From NCBI GenBank assembly GCA_002269645.1, contig NIVC01004297.1:1-48076 (forward strand): a stretch of DNA of 48,076 nt, in the 5' to 3' direction. Position numbers and translations under genes: made by a program. The notes beneath the pieces were generated by a model. The model did no database searches. It was not told where the DNA came from and saw only the letters and a program-made list of their open reading frames with translations. Source of the DNA: Macrostomum lignano. Lineage: Eukaryota. Positions 12,901 to 24,800 of the stretch are shown in pieces. The number at the start of each line of letters is the position of its first letter. Position 1 is the first letter of the stretch.

Positions 12901-13994
12901 CATGAGGGCTGCGCCCTGCCCCGTGCTCTGTGCTGGTTGGCTGCGGCCAGCCCTGCTGTGGCACGAGGGCTGCGCCCTGCCCCGTGCTCTGTGCTGGTTG
13001 GCTGCGGCCAGCCCTGCTGTGGCACGAGGGCTGCGCCCTGCCCCGTGCTCTGTGCTGGTTGGCTGCGGCCAGCCCTGCTGTGGCACGAAGGCTGCGCCCA
13101 GCCCCGGGCGGGGTTTTGATTGGCTGGCTCTGAGCGCTGTTCTGCGCAGCTTAGTCTGTGGGACAGGCTGTTCCCCAACCCCTCCTCTCAAGGCCCAAGG
13201 TCTGTTTTTTTTCATCATTTATTGTCTTCTTTGCGCCTTTTTTACTCTGCTATTGTTAGTCTTTCGCACCAATTTGCTATTACAAGTTCCAAATATACTA
13301 ATCTCTATCCATATACTAAAAATGGTCTGTCGGTAGGTAGGTATGTGGGTATGTGATCGATTTCAGAAAAAACTGCTCAACCGATTTTCTTTGAACTTGT
13401 TTACTCTACAAATATACGGGTGTTATTTATTCAGCTTCTGGTAAGCACTATGAAAAAAAAATTATACAACTCCCGAAGCATGGGACTTTAGTCTAACAAA
13501 AAACATTTTAACATAACTTTGTGCAACTAATCGAACTTGAATCTTGATACTGAAAGAGTGAACTAGGATAAAAAACTTTGAGTCCAGTCATGTGGACAAA
13601 GTTTCAAGTCAATTGACTTGTTCGATTTCAAGTTGAGCACTTAGATTGTACTCCTAGTAGTTAAGACGAAAATCAATGATTTAAAGCAATATTGGCTGTA
13701 AAAACTAACCTTCAACTCGTCTGGGTACATATTATCAACAGTTTTGGCCATCACTGCACTAATCTTTGGATTTCGAATGAGAACATTGAAGCCATTGTTT
13801 TTCTTGAAGCTGAAGCGCATTTCATCATCGCTAAGGGAATTTGCAAAAGCAACAAGTCCATCAGCATAAAATTGTAATTCTTGATCTGGAGGCGAAAGGC
13901 TGTCCATTGTGGCTTTGATTACATCACCAAACTTGTCTTCCCTTGGTGGTGGAGGCGGTGGCCCCTGCTGCTGCTGCTCTGTCTCTTCAGCCAT
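6973..13994 (-). CDS. Uncharacterised 719-aa predicted alpha-solenoid (ARM/HEAT-like) protein with two ~340-aa internal homologous halves
   Basis: Exons 13994-13710, 12402-11900, 11519-11309, 9888-9720, 9267-9077, 8204-7767, 7335-6973: all GT-AG, phases match, total 2160 nt with no internal stop. The halves align, e.g. FKKNNGFNVLIRNPKI / FKEKGGFDMLIRHRSI, NVCKLMCNKYDL / DVCRMICNRINF, YKLVATIALCPRF / YRLFRQLVQCPKL. The ARM-like call is inferred from the amphipathic-helix pattern only. Confidence 0.85.
7385..7590. repeat. ~29-31-bp minisatellite (GTACATTGGGGGACGAGATTGAGCCTGT) in intron 6 of the ARM-like gene
   Basis: About 7 tandem units. Confidence 0.9.
8345..9000. repeat. ~100-bp tandem repeat (ACTGCATTTTATCACTGCTGTTTAT...CCCACCCGCCGCCACAGCCCC) in intron 5
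   Basis: About 6 units with period 98-101 (CTGTTTAT at 8483, 8581, 8682, 8783). Confidence 0.95.
9335..9700. repeat. 41-43-bp G-rich minisatellite in intron 4
   Basis: Unit TTTGCTGGTCTGGGCAGTGTGTACATTGGGGGTAGGGTGGGTG, about 8 copies. Confidence 0.95.
10092..11215. repeat. 24-bp minisatellite (GAAACTATGGAAGAATCAGGCCCT) in intron 3
   Basis: About 47 units; the source of the spurious (MEESGPET)n ORF. Confidence 0.97.
12668..13105. repeat. 61-bp GC-rich minisatellite in intron 1
   Basis: About 7 near-identical units, period 61 (CCCTGCCCCGTGCTCTGTGCTGGTTGGCTGCGGCCAGCCCTGCTGTGGCACGAGGGCTGCG). Confidence 0.97.
13302..13400 (+). mobile_element. Possible Helitron/DINE-like non-autonomous element 5' fragment
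   Basis: TCTATCCATATACTAAAA start, a short CTGTC/GTAG/GTAT microsatellite-like stretch, then AAAACTGCTCAACCGATTTT, resembling the usual Helitron-like 5' layout. No 3' CTAG end identified. Confidence 0.35.
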
Positions 13995-15603
13995 TTTGAG
14001 CTTATAACTAAGATAAGCTGCAAGTCACAAACATGCATAAATTTTGAATGAATATTTTATTGATCAGCATAACTATAAACTGGATTTTTAGTTAGAATGA
14101 AAAACATAATTGTATAGTGTGATAGTGCACTGCTGCCAACTGATTAACATAATGCAGACTACAGAACTTTGCCTAAGTGCCTCTCCCACTGTTATGTTTG
14201 TGACCCAAATAGATGCTCAAGTTGAGAAGCCAGACTGCTACTTGAGGCTTGGCAAGTAAACTTTCTTTTCTTGCTTGCTTGGCTATAGCCTAGGCAAATG
14301 GCTACATTGTCATTAGTCATTTATATTATTAAATTAGAAACTAAAAAAATGTATTCTCCAAAATAAAATGCAATTTTAACCATTAAGGTTATTATACAGT
14401 ACAAATATATAATATTTGCTAAGCTTTTCCACACCATGATATTATTCTATACTGCATATTATAGTTATACATTATCTAATTTAAGTGCAGATCAAAAGAA
14501 TACATCATAAGATAATAAGATATCCTTAGAAACTCAAAATTTTCCAAAAAAGATAAATTAGCAAAATTCCTTTTCTACCTATATTATAGATTATTTGGTA
14601 AAAGAAATTAAAGATTGATACTAGATGTAGATATAAAAAAGTTTTTATAAATGTAATAAAATATCCTACTGAAAATACTTCATTCACACATCAATATACA
14701 CATATCAATAATTGATTAAGTAAGCCGAAAGAAAAAACAGACAGCCACTTTAGAGCAAGATAAATCAAAAGGTTTTAAGTTTTAACTTCGCAATTCTAAC
14801 AAGGAACCATATTCACAAATCATTGTGATTAGCATGTTTTAGCGAAATTTTCTCGAATTCTTGTTTAATAAATCATAAGACTTACAAAAGCGTATTTCAA
14901 TAGACTATCAAGAAGATTTTAACTGTAAATTTATTATAATTATGGAATTATTTATAACTAAAAAGTAAAACGTACGACCAAGGGTAACGAGCGTTTTTAA
15001 ATTCTATGGCAAAAGAGGCGTCTGAATGCCCGAAGAGAAAGTATCAAGGCGATAACGAGAATAATAGGTAGATAAATAGGTAGATTAATTTCTCCTAGTA
15101 TCGACTCAGTCACTCAGGTGTAAAGTGTAAAGCCTTTGGGCAATACCTATCCTTTAAAAGCGATTTACAAAATCAGTGGTAAAATGTCCACTTTTTCGAA
15201 AGCGAAATTTATACAAGGTACTAAAATTTAGCTTCTGTAATAATTAGGCAGTAAAATTAAAAGAAGATTTTAATTAAAGATTACAAATGCATTATTTTAC
15301 TTCTTTAATTCATTAAATTTGATGTAAATAATTTGTAAAGTTTGTTAATGTAAGCTAAAGCCGTCAAAATTTATCTAAATTGTTTGTACTTGAATTAATA
15401 TGCTTATATGAATAGTGGGCATAACTCTGTGATCTCTAGCTTAGCTTTTATTTCTCTCCCTATTTTTTTCTATGTGTATAAACATCTGTCCTATTTGCAG
15501 TTGGCTTTTCTGCATGCTTGTAATAACAGGAGCTAGTAAGGCAGGAATAAAGGGTCTCCTCCAGTGAAGTCCAGGGCTGCAGAAGCTCGATGGAAAAAAA
15601 AAC

Positions 15604-15686
15604 TTGGCGGGAAAAAACTGGCTTGAGAATCTAGCGCGGAGGGTTTACCGAGGAAACCCTCCTGCAGGTAACCATCCTGCGGGAAA
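15604..15686. promoter_or_regulatory. E2F-type motifs upstream of the ARM-like gene
   Basis: TTGGCGGGAAAA (15604-15615) and GCGGGAAA (15679-15686) match TTTSSCGC on the - strand, in a GC-richer island within AT-rich DNA. Function untested. Confidence 0.2.
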
Positions 15687-16389
15687 CCCTCCTGCGGGGA
15701 AAACTCTGGAGGAAAATCAAGCGGTTGATGGCAAGTTAAAGTGATTTTAATGCTGAGCTATGGCCTCTGAGACTTTACTCGTAATATTAAGTTGACACAT
15801 TTTAGCCAGATGATTATTTGTGTGTTTTTCAAAATTCACCGAAGTATAGTATATACCGGTATAGAGAGCATACAGCGTAAAAGAACCCCCTGTGCGGAAC
15901 TAGCTCCTTTCTTTGTCTTTGCGCCAGCACCAAGGGGACGCCATTATAAGAGTGCGTGTGCATTTCGTAGACTAGACTAGCTACTCGCATTGGCATAAAT
16001 AAACTGGTCGCGGAATGATTAATGTTCTTTAATTATCTCTGCATGGTTCAGATTTTGATTACAATTTTCACATATAACAAACCAACAAGCTGTTTGAATT
16101 TAACATATGCTACATGAATGCATGAAACCGGGTGTAAACAGTGATTTTCTGACCGGAAATGTTTAGACCACTTGATGGCGTTTAACTTATTTTGCCCCTT
16201 CGCACAAGTTAGTAGCATTGCAATACGTGAAACCTCAGCTTGTCAGGCGCAATTAACATGACATATTCGCTTCCTCTATTAAAGTGCCGCTGTGTGCATA
16301 AAGAACGATTTACGACTATAGGCTGGTCTACATACATGTATGTTCAATATGGTGCGGTTCTTGTCGGCTCTTTTGGTGTATATTCTCTT

Positions 16390-17745
16390 CCTAATGTTTT
16401 TTCAGTCTCTTCCTAATAGTTTTGTACAGTCTCTTCCTAATGGTTTTGTACGGTCTCTTTTTAATGGTTTTGTACAGTCTGTTCCTAATAGTTTTGTACA
16501 GTCTCTTCCTAATGGTTTTGTACGGTCTCTTTTTAATGGTTCTGTACAGTCTGTTCCTAATAGTGCTGTACAGCCTATTCCTAATGGTTTTGTACGGTCT
16601 CTTTTTAATGGTTTTGTACAGTCTGTTCCTAATAGTTTTGTACAGTCTCTTCCTAATGGTTTTGTACGGTCTCTTTTTAATGGTTCTGTACAGTCTGTTC
16701 CTAATAGTGCTGTACAGCCTATTCCTAATGGTTTTGTACAGTCTGTTCCTATAATAGTGCTGTAAAGTCTGTTCCTAATGGTTTTGTACGGTCTCTTTTT
16801 AATGGTTTTGTACAGTCTCTTCCTAATAGTTTTGTACAGTCTCTTCCTAATGGTTTTGTACAGTCTGTTCCTAATGGTTTTGTACAGTCTCTTCCTAATG
16901 GTTTTGTACGGTCTGTTTTTAATGGTTTTGTACAGTCTCTTCCTAATAGTTTTGTACAGTCTCTTCCTAATGGTTTTGTACGGTCTCTTTTTAATGGTTC
17001 TGTACAGTCTGTTCCTAATAGTGCTGTACAGCCTATTCCTAATGGTTTTGTACAGTCTGTTCCTATAATAGTGCTGTAAAGTCTGTTCCTAATGGTTTTG
17101 TACAGTCTGTTCCTATAATAGTGCTGTAAAGTCTGTTCCTAATGGTTTTGTACAGCCTATTCCTAATGGTTTTGTACAGTCTGTTCCTATAATAGTGCTG
17201 TAAAGTCTGTTCCTAATGGTTTTGTACAGTCTGTTCCTAATGGTTTTGTACAGTCTGTTCCTAATGGTTTTGTACAGTCTGTTCCTAATGGTTTTGTACA
17301 GTCTGTTCCTAATGGTTTTGTACAGTCTGTTCCTAATGGTTTTGTACAGTCTGTTCCTAATGGTTTTGTACAGTCTGTTCCTAATGGTTTTGTACAGTCT
17401 GTTCCTAATGGTTTTGTACAGTCTGTTCCTAATGGTTTTGTACAGTCTGTTCCTAATGGTTTTGTACAGTTCTGTTCCTAATGGTTTTGTACAGTTCTGT
17501 TCCTAATAGTGCTGTAAAGTCTGTTCCTAATGGTTTTGTACAGTCTGTTCCTAATGGTTTTGTACAGTTCTGTTCCTAATAGTGCTGTACAGTTCTGTTC
17601 CTAATAGTGCTGTACAGTCTGTTCCTAATGGTTTTGTACAGTCTGTTCCTAATGGTTTTGTACAGTTCTGTTCCTAATAGTGCTGTACAGTCTGTTCCTA
17701 ATGGTTTTGTACAGTTTGTTCCTAATGGTTTTGTACAGTCTCTTC
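16390..17745. repeat. 20-bp minisatellite (TTTTGTACAGTCTGTTCCTAATGG-type core with 20/21-bp variants)
   Basis: More than 60 tandem units, with ~120-bp higher-order blocks in the 5' part. Confidence 0.97.
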
Positions 17746-18504
17746 CAAATTTTCCGGCACTGCCTGACCCTCAGAAATGGAATTGCGGTTCTGTACCATT
17801 ATAAATGTATGGATTAAGCATTGTTGTATTGATGGTACTAGCATAGATTTCTAACGTAGATTATAGCCTCTGTCTGGACTAACACTACACTAATATGCAC
17901 CATACATTATGTATAAACATATGACAATTTACAAATTGTCATATGTTCTGAGGACGCAGAAGATCGAGCACACGCATGCTGGCAGGGAGAATTCTGGAGA
18001 GTAGCGTGAGACTGGGGTTATTTATATAGCCGAATAGATCGCGTGAGGTGATTTTTTTAGAATTATTATTTCGGCCAATGCAGCGAAGGCTCTATAGTAT
18101 GACAGACAGAGACTGAGGCAGAGAGAGGGGGGATGAAGATGGATCAAATCAGCTGCCAAGATGAAGAAGCAAAATCTTTCTGGAAGTGAGCACTATTGCA
18201 CTCTCAGCTGTATGCTCTCCCGTGTGAGTCATCTCTATCCCATGTTTTTCTGAACCTCTGGGAGTGGGAATAGAGCTGATGGGATCAGTGGGTAGCGGCT
18301 GTATGGCTGCCGGCTAGGAGAAGCAAAACTGCATAAAATAACATTTTCTGGCAGCGGGAAGGGCTACCCAGGCTAGAGCAGCTTGGCTTGGATTGGGACT
18401 GGTGAGCGCCTGAAGTTCGAGCTGATAGCATTCGACAGCACGAATCGGTGGCAGTCAGAGAACGCTGGCAAAATAAGATTTGAAATGACTAGAATGACAC
18501 TTAA

Positions 18505-19557
18505 ATTCTATATGACCCATTTAGATCCTATATGACCCATGCACTTAGACCTTATATGACCCACTCAGGCCCTATATGCCTATTTAGATCCTATGACCCA
18601 CTCAGACTTTATATGACCAACTCAAATCGAAAATGACCCACTCAGACCTTATATGACCCACTCAGACCTTATATGACCCACTCAGACATTATATAACCCA
18701 TTAAACTCCAAATGACCCACTAAAATCCAAAATGACCCACTAAGATCCAAAATTACCCACTCAAATCCTATATGACCCACTACTATCCTAAATGACCCAC
18801 TACTATCCTAAATGACCCACTCAGATCCTATATGACCCAATCAGATCCAAAATGACCCACACAGATCCTACACTGTATATGACGGACTCAGAACTTATAT
18901 GACCCACTTAGATCAAAAATGACCCACGCAGATCCTATATGACCTACTCAGATTCAAAATGACCTACTCAGATTCAAAATGACCCACTAAAATCCAAAAT
19001 TACCCACTCAGACCTTATATGACCCACTAAAATCCAAAATTACCCACTCAGATCTTATATGACCCACTAAAATCCAATATGACCCACTCAAATCCTGTAT
19101 GACCCACTCAGGTCCTTTATGACCCACTCAGATCCTTTATGACCCACTCAGATCCTTTATGACCCACTTAGATCCTTTATTACCCACTCAGATCCTTTAT
19201 GACCCACTCAGATCCTTTATGACCCACTCAGATCCTTTATGACCCACTCAGATCCTTTATGACCCACTCAGATCCTTTATGACCCACTCAGATCCTTTAT
19301 GACCCACTCAGATCCTTTATTACCCACTCAGATCCTTTATGACCCACTCAGATTCTTTATGACCCACTCAGATCCTTTATGACCCACTCAGATCCTTTAT
19401 GACCCACTCAGATCCTTTATGACCCACTCAGATCCTTTATGACCCACTCAGATCCTTTATGACCCACTCAGATCCTTTATGACCCACTCAGATCCTTTAT
19501 GACCCACTCAGATCCTTTATGACCCACTCAGATCCTTTATGACCCACTCAGATCCTT
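18505..19557. repeat. 20-bp minisatellite (GACCCACTCAGATCCTTTAT)
   Basis: About 50 units, degenerate at the 5' end and near-perfect from ~19100. Confidence 0.97.
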
Positions 19558-19899
19558 TTGAAAGTCTTGAGTCAACCATAACGCCAATCCATAGTCTCGG
19601 AAGCAGAGCAGACTAAGCATAGCTCGTATAAACAGTAAGCTGAGGACATTTCACCCAATACACATACGGCTAAGCATATATTGATGGCGATAACCGCCCC
19701 AGGGCTTGAAGGGCAAATTGGACTTGCCATCTATAATCCGTATAGGCTAAAGTTATGTCTTCTCGCATAGTAAGCGTGCGATAGAAAATGAGGAGCGGAC
19801 AGAGGACACGAGAATCCGGGGAGAGGGTAGAAAGACGGGAGATACCGCCCAAGGGGGGAATTCTCAGTTCCCCTTCCCTTCCTTCCCGAGGAAGGATCT

Positions 19900-20200
19900 C
19901 GCCGAGCCAACCAAATCAGCGCTGATTGGTCCATCGCCGCACCCCCAACCCCCTTCGCAGCCTCCCGATCCCCCTCTCCCACAGACGCTCGCTAGCTGGT
20001 CAGTTTTTTAAAATTGGTAACCCTCCCTCCCTCCTCTCCCGCCTCGCCTCTTAATTCCCCGGCTTTTTGGACTCGCCGAGGCGTGGGAATGGGTGCGATG
20101 GAGAGAGAGGGAGAGACTGGCAAAGAGTAGGAAGACGAGAAGAGAGGCTGAGTGTAAGAGGAGGGAGGGTGAGCCGAACGAACTGATCAGACGGGGCTTT
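19900..20200 (+). promoter_or_regulatory. Putative promoter region of the Gln/Pro-rich gene
   Basis: CCAAT motifs (CCAATCA reading on - at ~19924, CCAAATCA), GC-rich and GAGA tracts directly upstream of ATG 20285. Confidence 0.25.
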
Positions 20201-20284
20201 TTTGAGTGAAATCTTCTGCATCAGCGTCGGGTTGGTCCGAGTAATTCTTGGCGGGTGCACACGAGACAAAAAGCGAGGAATATC

Positions 20285-21826
20285 ATGCAGCAATCTGAGA
20301 GAATGGCTGGTGCTGGCTTTTCAACGAAGCAGCACCAGCAACAACAGCAACACCAGCAACACCAGCAACACCAGCAACAACAGCAACACCAGCAACAGCA
20401 GCAACAACAACAGCAACAACAGCAACAGCAGCAGCATCTTGTGTGCACTTGTCCACCGGAAGTGCATCAAGGTGAGTGACGATTTTTAGAAAAGAATTAA
20501 AAAACAGAAACATAGTATAAGACGAAAAACAGTTTTGAAAAACATTTGTTTTACAGAATGACTAATTTTACCTGTGGCCTACGCAGGGTGTCTTTTGATG
20601 GGTGCCCCTGTCTCTTGGTGGACGCCCCTGTCGTTTGGTTGACGCCCCCTGTCTCTGGTTGGCTCGCCCTGTCGTTTGGTTGACGCCCCCTGTCTCTGGT
20701 TGGCTCGCCCTGTCGTTTGGTTGACGCCCCCTGTCTCTGGTTGGTGCGCCCTGTCGTTTGGTTGGCACCCCCTGTCTCTTGATGGGCGTCCCTGCCTCTT
20801 GACGGGCGCCCCTGTCGCTTGGTGGGCGCCTCTGTCTCCTGGTGGGCGCCCCCTGTCTACTGGTGGGCGCCCTTGTCTTTTGGTGAGCGTTCCTGTCTCT
20901 TGGTGGGCGCTCCGCTCCTGTCTCTTGGTGGGCGCCCCTGTCTCTTGATCGGCGTCCCTGCCTTTTGATGGGCGTCCCTGTCGCTTGGTGGGCGCCCCTG
21001 TCTCCTTGTGGGCGCCCCCTGTCTCCTGGTGGGCGACCTCTTAAAACCTTTTCCTCTTCAAAGGACTGTAACACACCCACACTGTCAAGTTCCGTGCTTC
21101 GCTGATACCGTAGTAGGTTGCTATCAGTAGAAAATCAAAGCATTTTTATTATACAATTCGGTGCACTCTCACCCCAACGGCCGCCCAACCTCTTGTCCAT
21201 AGCCATGCACGAAGCGCAGCGCTATGTTAAATCCGGCAGACCGCTGCCCAAGGAGCTTCTACAGGTGCTATCGTCAGGTGGAGCTGCTGGTTCAGTCAGT
21301 CAGCACCAGCACCACCAGATGGCCGATCAGTTCAGGTAAGAGATTGTTGGCATTGCCCAAAGCAAGTGTGCAACAGCTGCTTCGCTTGGTCACTAGTACG
21401 AATTATTGCATAGATCAAACCTGCCCAATCTGCATGATGGCTAATCCATCCCATTCATCTCTGATTTTGTCCGGTTCTGTTTGGATTTATAGGGGGGGGG
21501 GGGTTGTCTGCAGCAAAACTGCAGACTGATTTGCTTATATAATCAGCAAGTTCGTTTCTACCGGACTTCAGCCAAACTCTGATAGTGAATCGTAATCAGT
21601 GTTGCAGCTGCAGATGTATGCGAAATGCTATAAGCCGGGGCGATTCATTGTACCAGTAGAAACTGCTTGCAATCTTCATAACTGATGAAACTGAAAATAT
21701 AAGACCAATTTTAACTGTTCTCTACTTATTAAGAAGTTGGTCAACTTGCTGAAGAATCGCATATTTCAGCGGTCGTCTGTCTCAAGCTGAAACGCAACTG
21801 AGCCACGTCAATGACTGCTTCGTCCA

Positions 21827-21859
<33 letters not shown>

Positions 21860-24800
21860 GAAGGTGACGACATCCCACATTCCCAGCAACTGCAGTTTGG
21901 ACAGTGCAATCTCTGCTCAAAGCGGTGAGTAAATGTACATCAATGTACAGTATTACAATGTACAATGTACAATGTACAATGTACAGGAGCTAACCTTCCT
22001 GATAAAAAGTCGTTGAAAATTATGCAGAGTAATTAATTGAACTTTTATCAATCTAGAATTATGATTGAGCATTAATCAAATATCAATCTGAAATCAATCC
22101 GACATCAATCTGACATCCATCTGATATCAATCTGACATCCTGACTAAGCATCAGTCTGACATCATGGCTAAGCCTCAGTCTGACATCATGACTAAGCATC
22201 AGTCTGGCATCATCACTAAGCCTCAGTCTGACATCATCACTAAGCCTCAGTCTGACATCATCACTAAGCCTCAGTCTGACATCATGGCTAAGCCTCAGTC
22301 TGACATCATGGCTAAGCCTCAGTCTGACATCATGACTAAGCATCAGTCTGACACCTCGTGACTAAGCCTCAGTCTGACATCATGGCTAAGCCTCAGTCTG
22401 ACATCATGGCTAAGCCTCAGTCTGACATCATGACTAAGCATCAGTCTGAAATCATCACTAAGCCTCAGTCTGACATCATGACTAAGCCTCAGTCTGACAT
22501 CATGACTAAGCATCAGTCTGACATCATCACTAAGCCTCAGTCTGACATCATGACTAAGCATCAGTCTGAAATCATCACTAAGCCTCAGTCTGACATCATG
22601 ACTAAGCATCAGTCTGACATCATGGCTAAGCCTCAGTCTGACATCATGGCTAAGCCTCAGTCTGACATCATGGCTAAGCCTCAGTCTGACATCATGGCTA
22701 AGCCTCAGTCTGACATCATGGCTAAGCCTCAGTCTGACATCATGACTAAGCATCAGTCTGAAATCATCACTAAGCCTCAGTCTGACATCATGACTAAGCA
22801 TCAGTCTGACATCATGGCTAAGCCTCAGTCTGACATCATGACTAAGCATCAGTCTGACATCATCACTAAGCCTCAGTCTGACATCATGACTAAGCATCAG
22901 TCTGAAATCATCACTAAGCCTCAGTCTGACATCATGACTAAGCATCAGTCTGACACCTCGTGACTAAGCATCAGTCTGACATCATGACTAAGCATCAGTC
23001 TGAAATCATCACTAAGCCTCAGTCTGACATCATGGCTAAGCCTCAGTCTGACATCATGGCTAAGCCTCAGTCTGACATCATGGCTAAGCCTCAGTCTGAC
23101 ATCATGACTAAGCATCAGTCTGAAATCATCACTAAGCCTCAGTCTGACATCATGGCTAAGCCTCAGTCTGACATCATGGCTAAGCCTCAGTCTGACATCA
23201 TCACTAAGCCTCAGTCTGACATCATGGCTAAGCCTCAGTCTGACATCATGACTAAGCCTCAGTCTGACATCATGGCTAAGCATCAGTCTGACATCATGGC
23301 TAAGCCTCAGTCTGACATCATGGCTAAGCCTCAGTCTGACATCATGGCTAAGCCTCAGTCTGACATCATGGCTAAGCCTCAGTCTGACATCATGACTAAG
23401 CATCAGTCTGAATCATCACTAAGCCTCAGTCTGACATCATGGCTAAGCCTCAGTCTGACATCATGGCTAAGCCTCAGTCTGACATCATCACTAAGCCTCA
23501 GTCTGACATCATGGCTAAGCCTCAGTCTGACATCATGACTAAGCCTCAGTCTGACATCATGGCTAAGCCTCAGTCTGACATCATGGCTAAGCCTCAGTCT
23601 GACATCATGGCTAAGCCTCAGTCTGACATCATGGCTAAGCCTCAGTCTGACATCATGACTAAGCCTCAGTCTGACATCATGGCTAAGCCTCAGTCTGACA
23701 TCATGACTAAGCCTCAGTCTGACATCATGGCTAAGCCTCAGTCTGACATCATCACTAAGCCTCAGTCTGACATCATGGCTAAGCCTCAGTCTGACATCAT
23801 CACTAAGCCTCAGTCTGACATCATCACTAAGCCTCAGTCTGACATCATGACTAAGCCTCAGTCTGACATCATGGCTAAGCATCAGTCTGACATCATGACT
23901 AAGCATCAGTCTGACACCTCGTGACTAAGCATCAGTCTGACACCTCGTGACTAAGCATCAGTCTGACATCATGGCTAAGCCTCAGTCTGACATCATGACT
24001 AAGCATCAGTCTGACATCATGACTAAGCCTCAGTCTGACATCATGGCTAAGCCTCAGTCTGACATCATGACTAAGCATCAGTCTGACACCTCGTGACTAA
24101 GCATCAGTCTGACATCATGGCTAAGCCTCAGTCTGACATCATGACTAAGCCTCAGTCTGAAATCATCACTAAGCCTCAGTCTGACATCATGACTAAGCAT
24201 CAGTCTGACATCATGGCTAAGCCTCAGTCTGACATCATGGCTAAGCCTCAGTCTGACATCATCACTAAGCCTCAGTCTGACATCATGGCTAAGCATCAGT
24301 CTGACATCATGACTAAGCATCAGTCTGACACCTCGTGACTAAGCATCAGTCTGACATCATGGCTAAGCCTCAGTCTGACATCATGACTAAGCCTCAGTCT
24401 GAAATCATCACTAAGCCTCAGTCTGACATCATGGCTAAGCCTCAGTCTGACATCATGACTAAGCATCAGTCTGAAATCATCACTAAGCCTCAGTCTGACA
24501 TCATGGCTAAGCCTCAGTCTGACATCATGACTAAGCCTCAGTCTGACATCATGGCTAAGCCTCAGTCTGAAATCATCACTAAGCCTCAGTCTGACATCAT
24601 GGCTAAGCCTCAGTCTGACATCATGACTAAGCCTCAGTCTGACATCATGGCTAAGCCTCAGTCTGACATCATGACTAAGCCTCAGTCTGACATCATCACT
24701 AAGCCTCAGTCTGACATCATGACTAAGCCTCAGTCTGACATCATGGCTAAGCATCAGTCTGACATCATGACTAAGCATCAGTCTGACACCTCGTGACTAA

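Noticed and set aside
12573-13336. Multiple long overlapping ORFs on both strands
   Set aside because: Caused by the stop-poor 61-bp GC-rich array.
16340-17804. ORF with a signal-peptide-like start (MVRFLSALLVYILF) and hydrophobic repeat ORFs
   Set aside because: Runs directly into the 20-bp minisatellite; frames change with 21-bp variants and there is no independent coding evidence.
20202-20513. Poly-Cys, poly-Ala/Val and poly-Asn/Ser ORFs (and poly-Leu at 30221-30727)
   Set aside because: Alternative-frame or antisense readings of poly-Gln CAG/CAA coding tracts.
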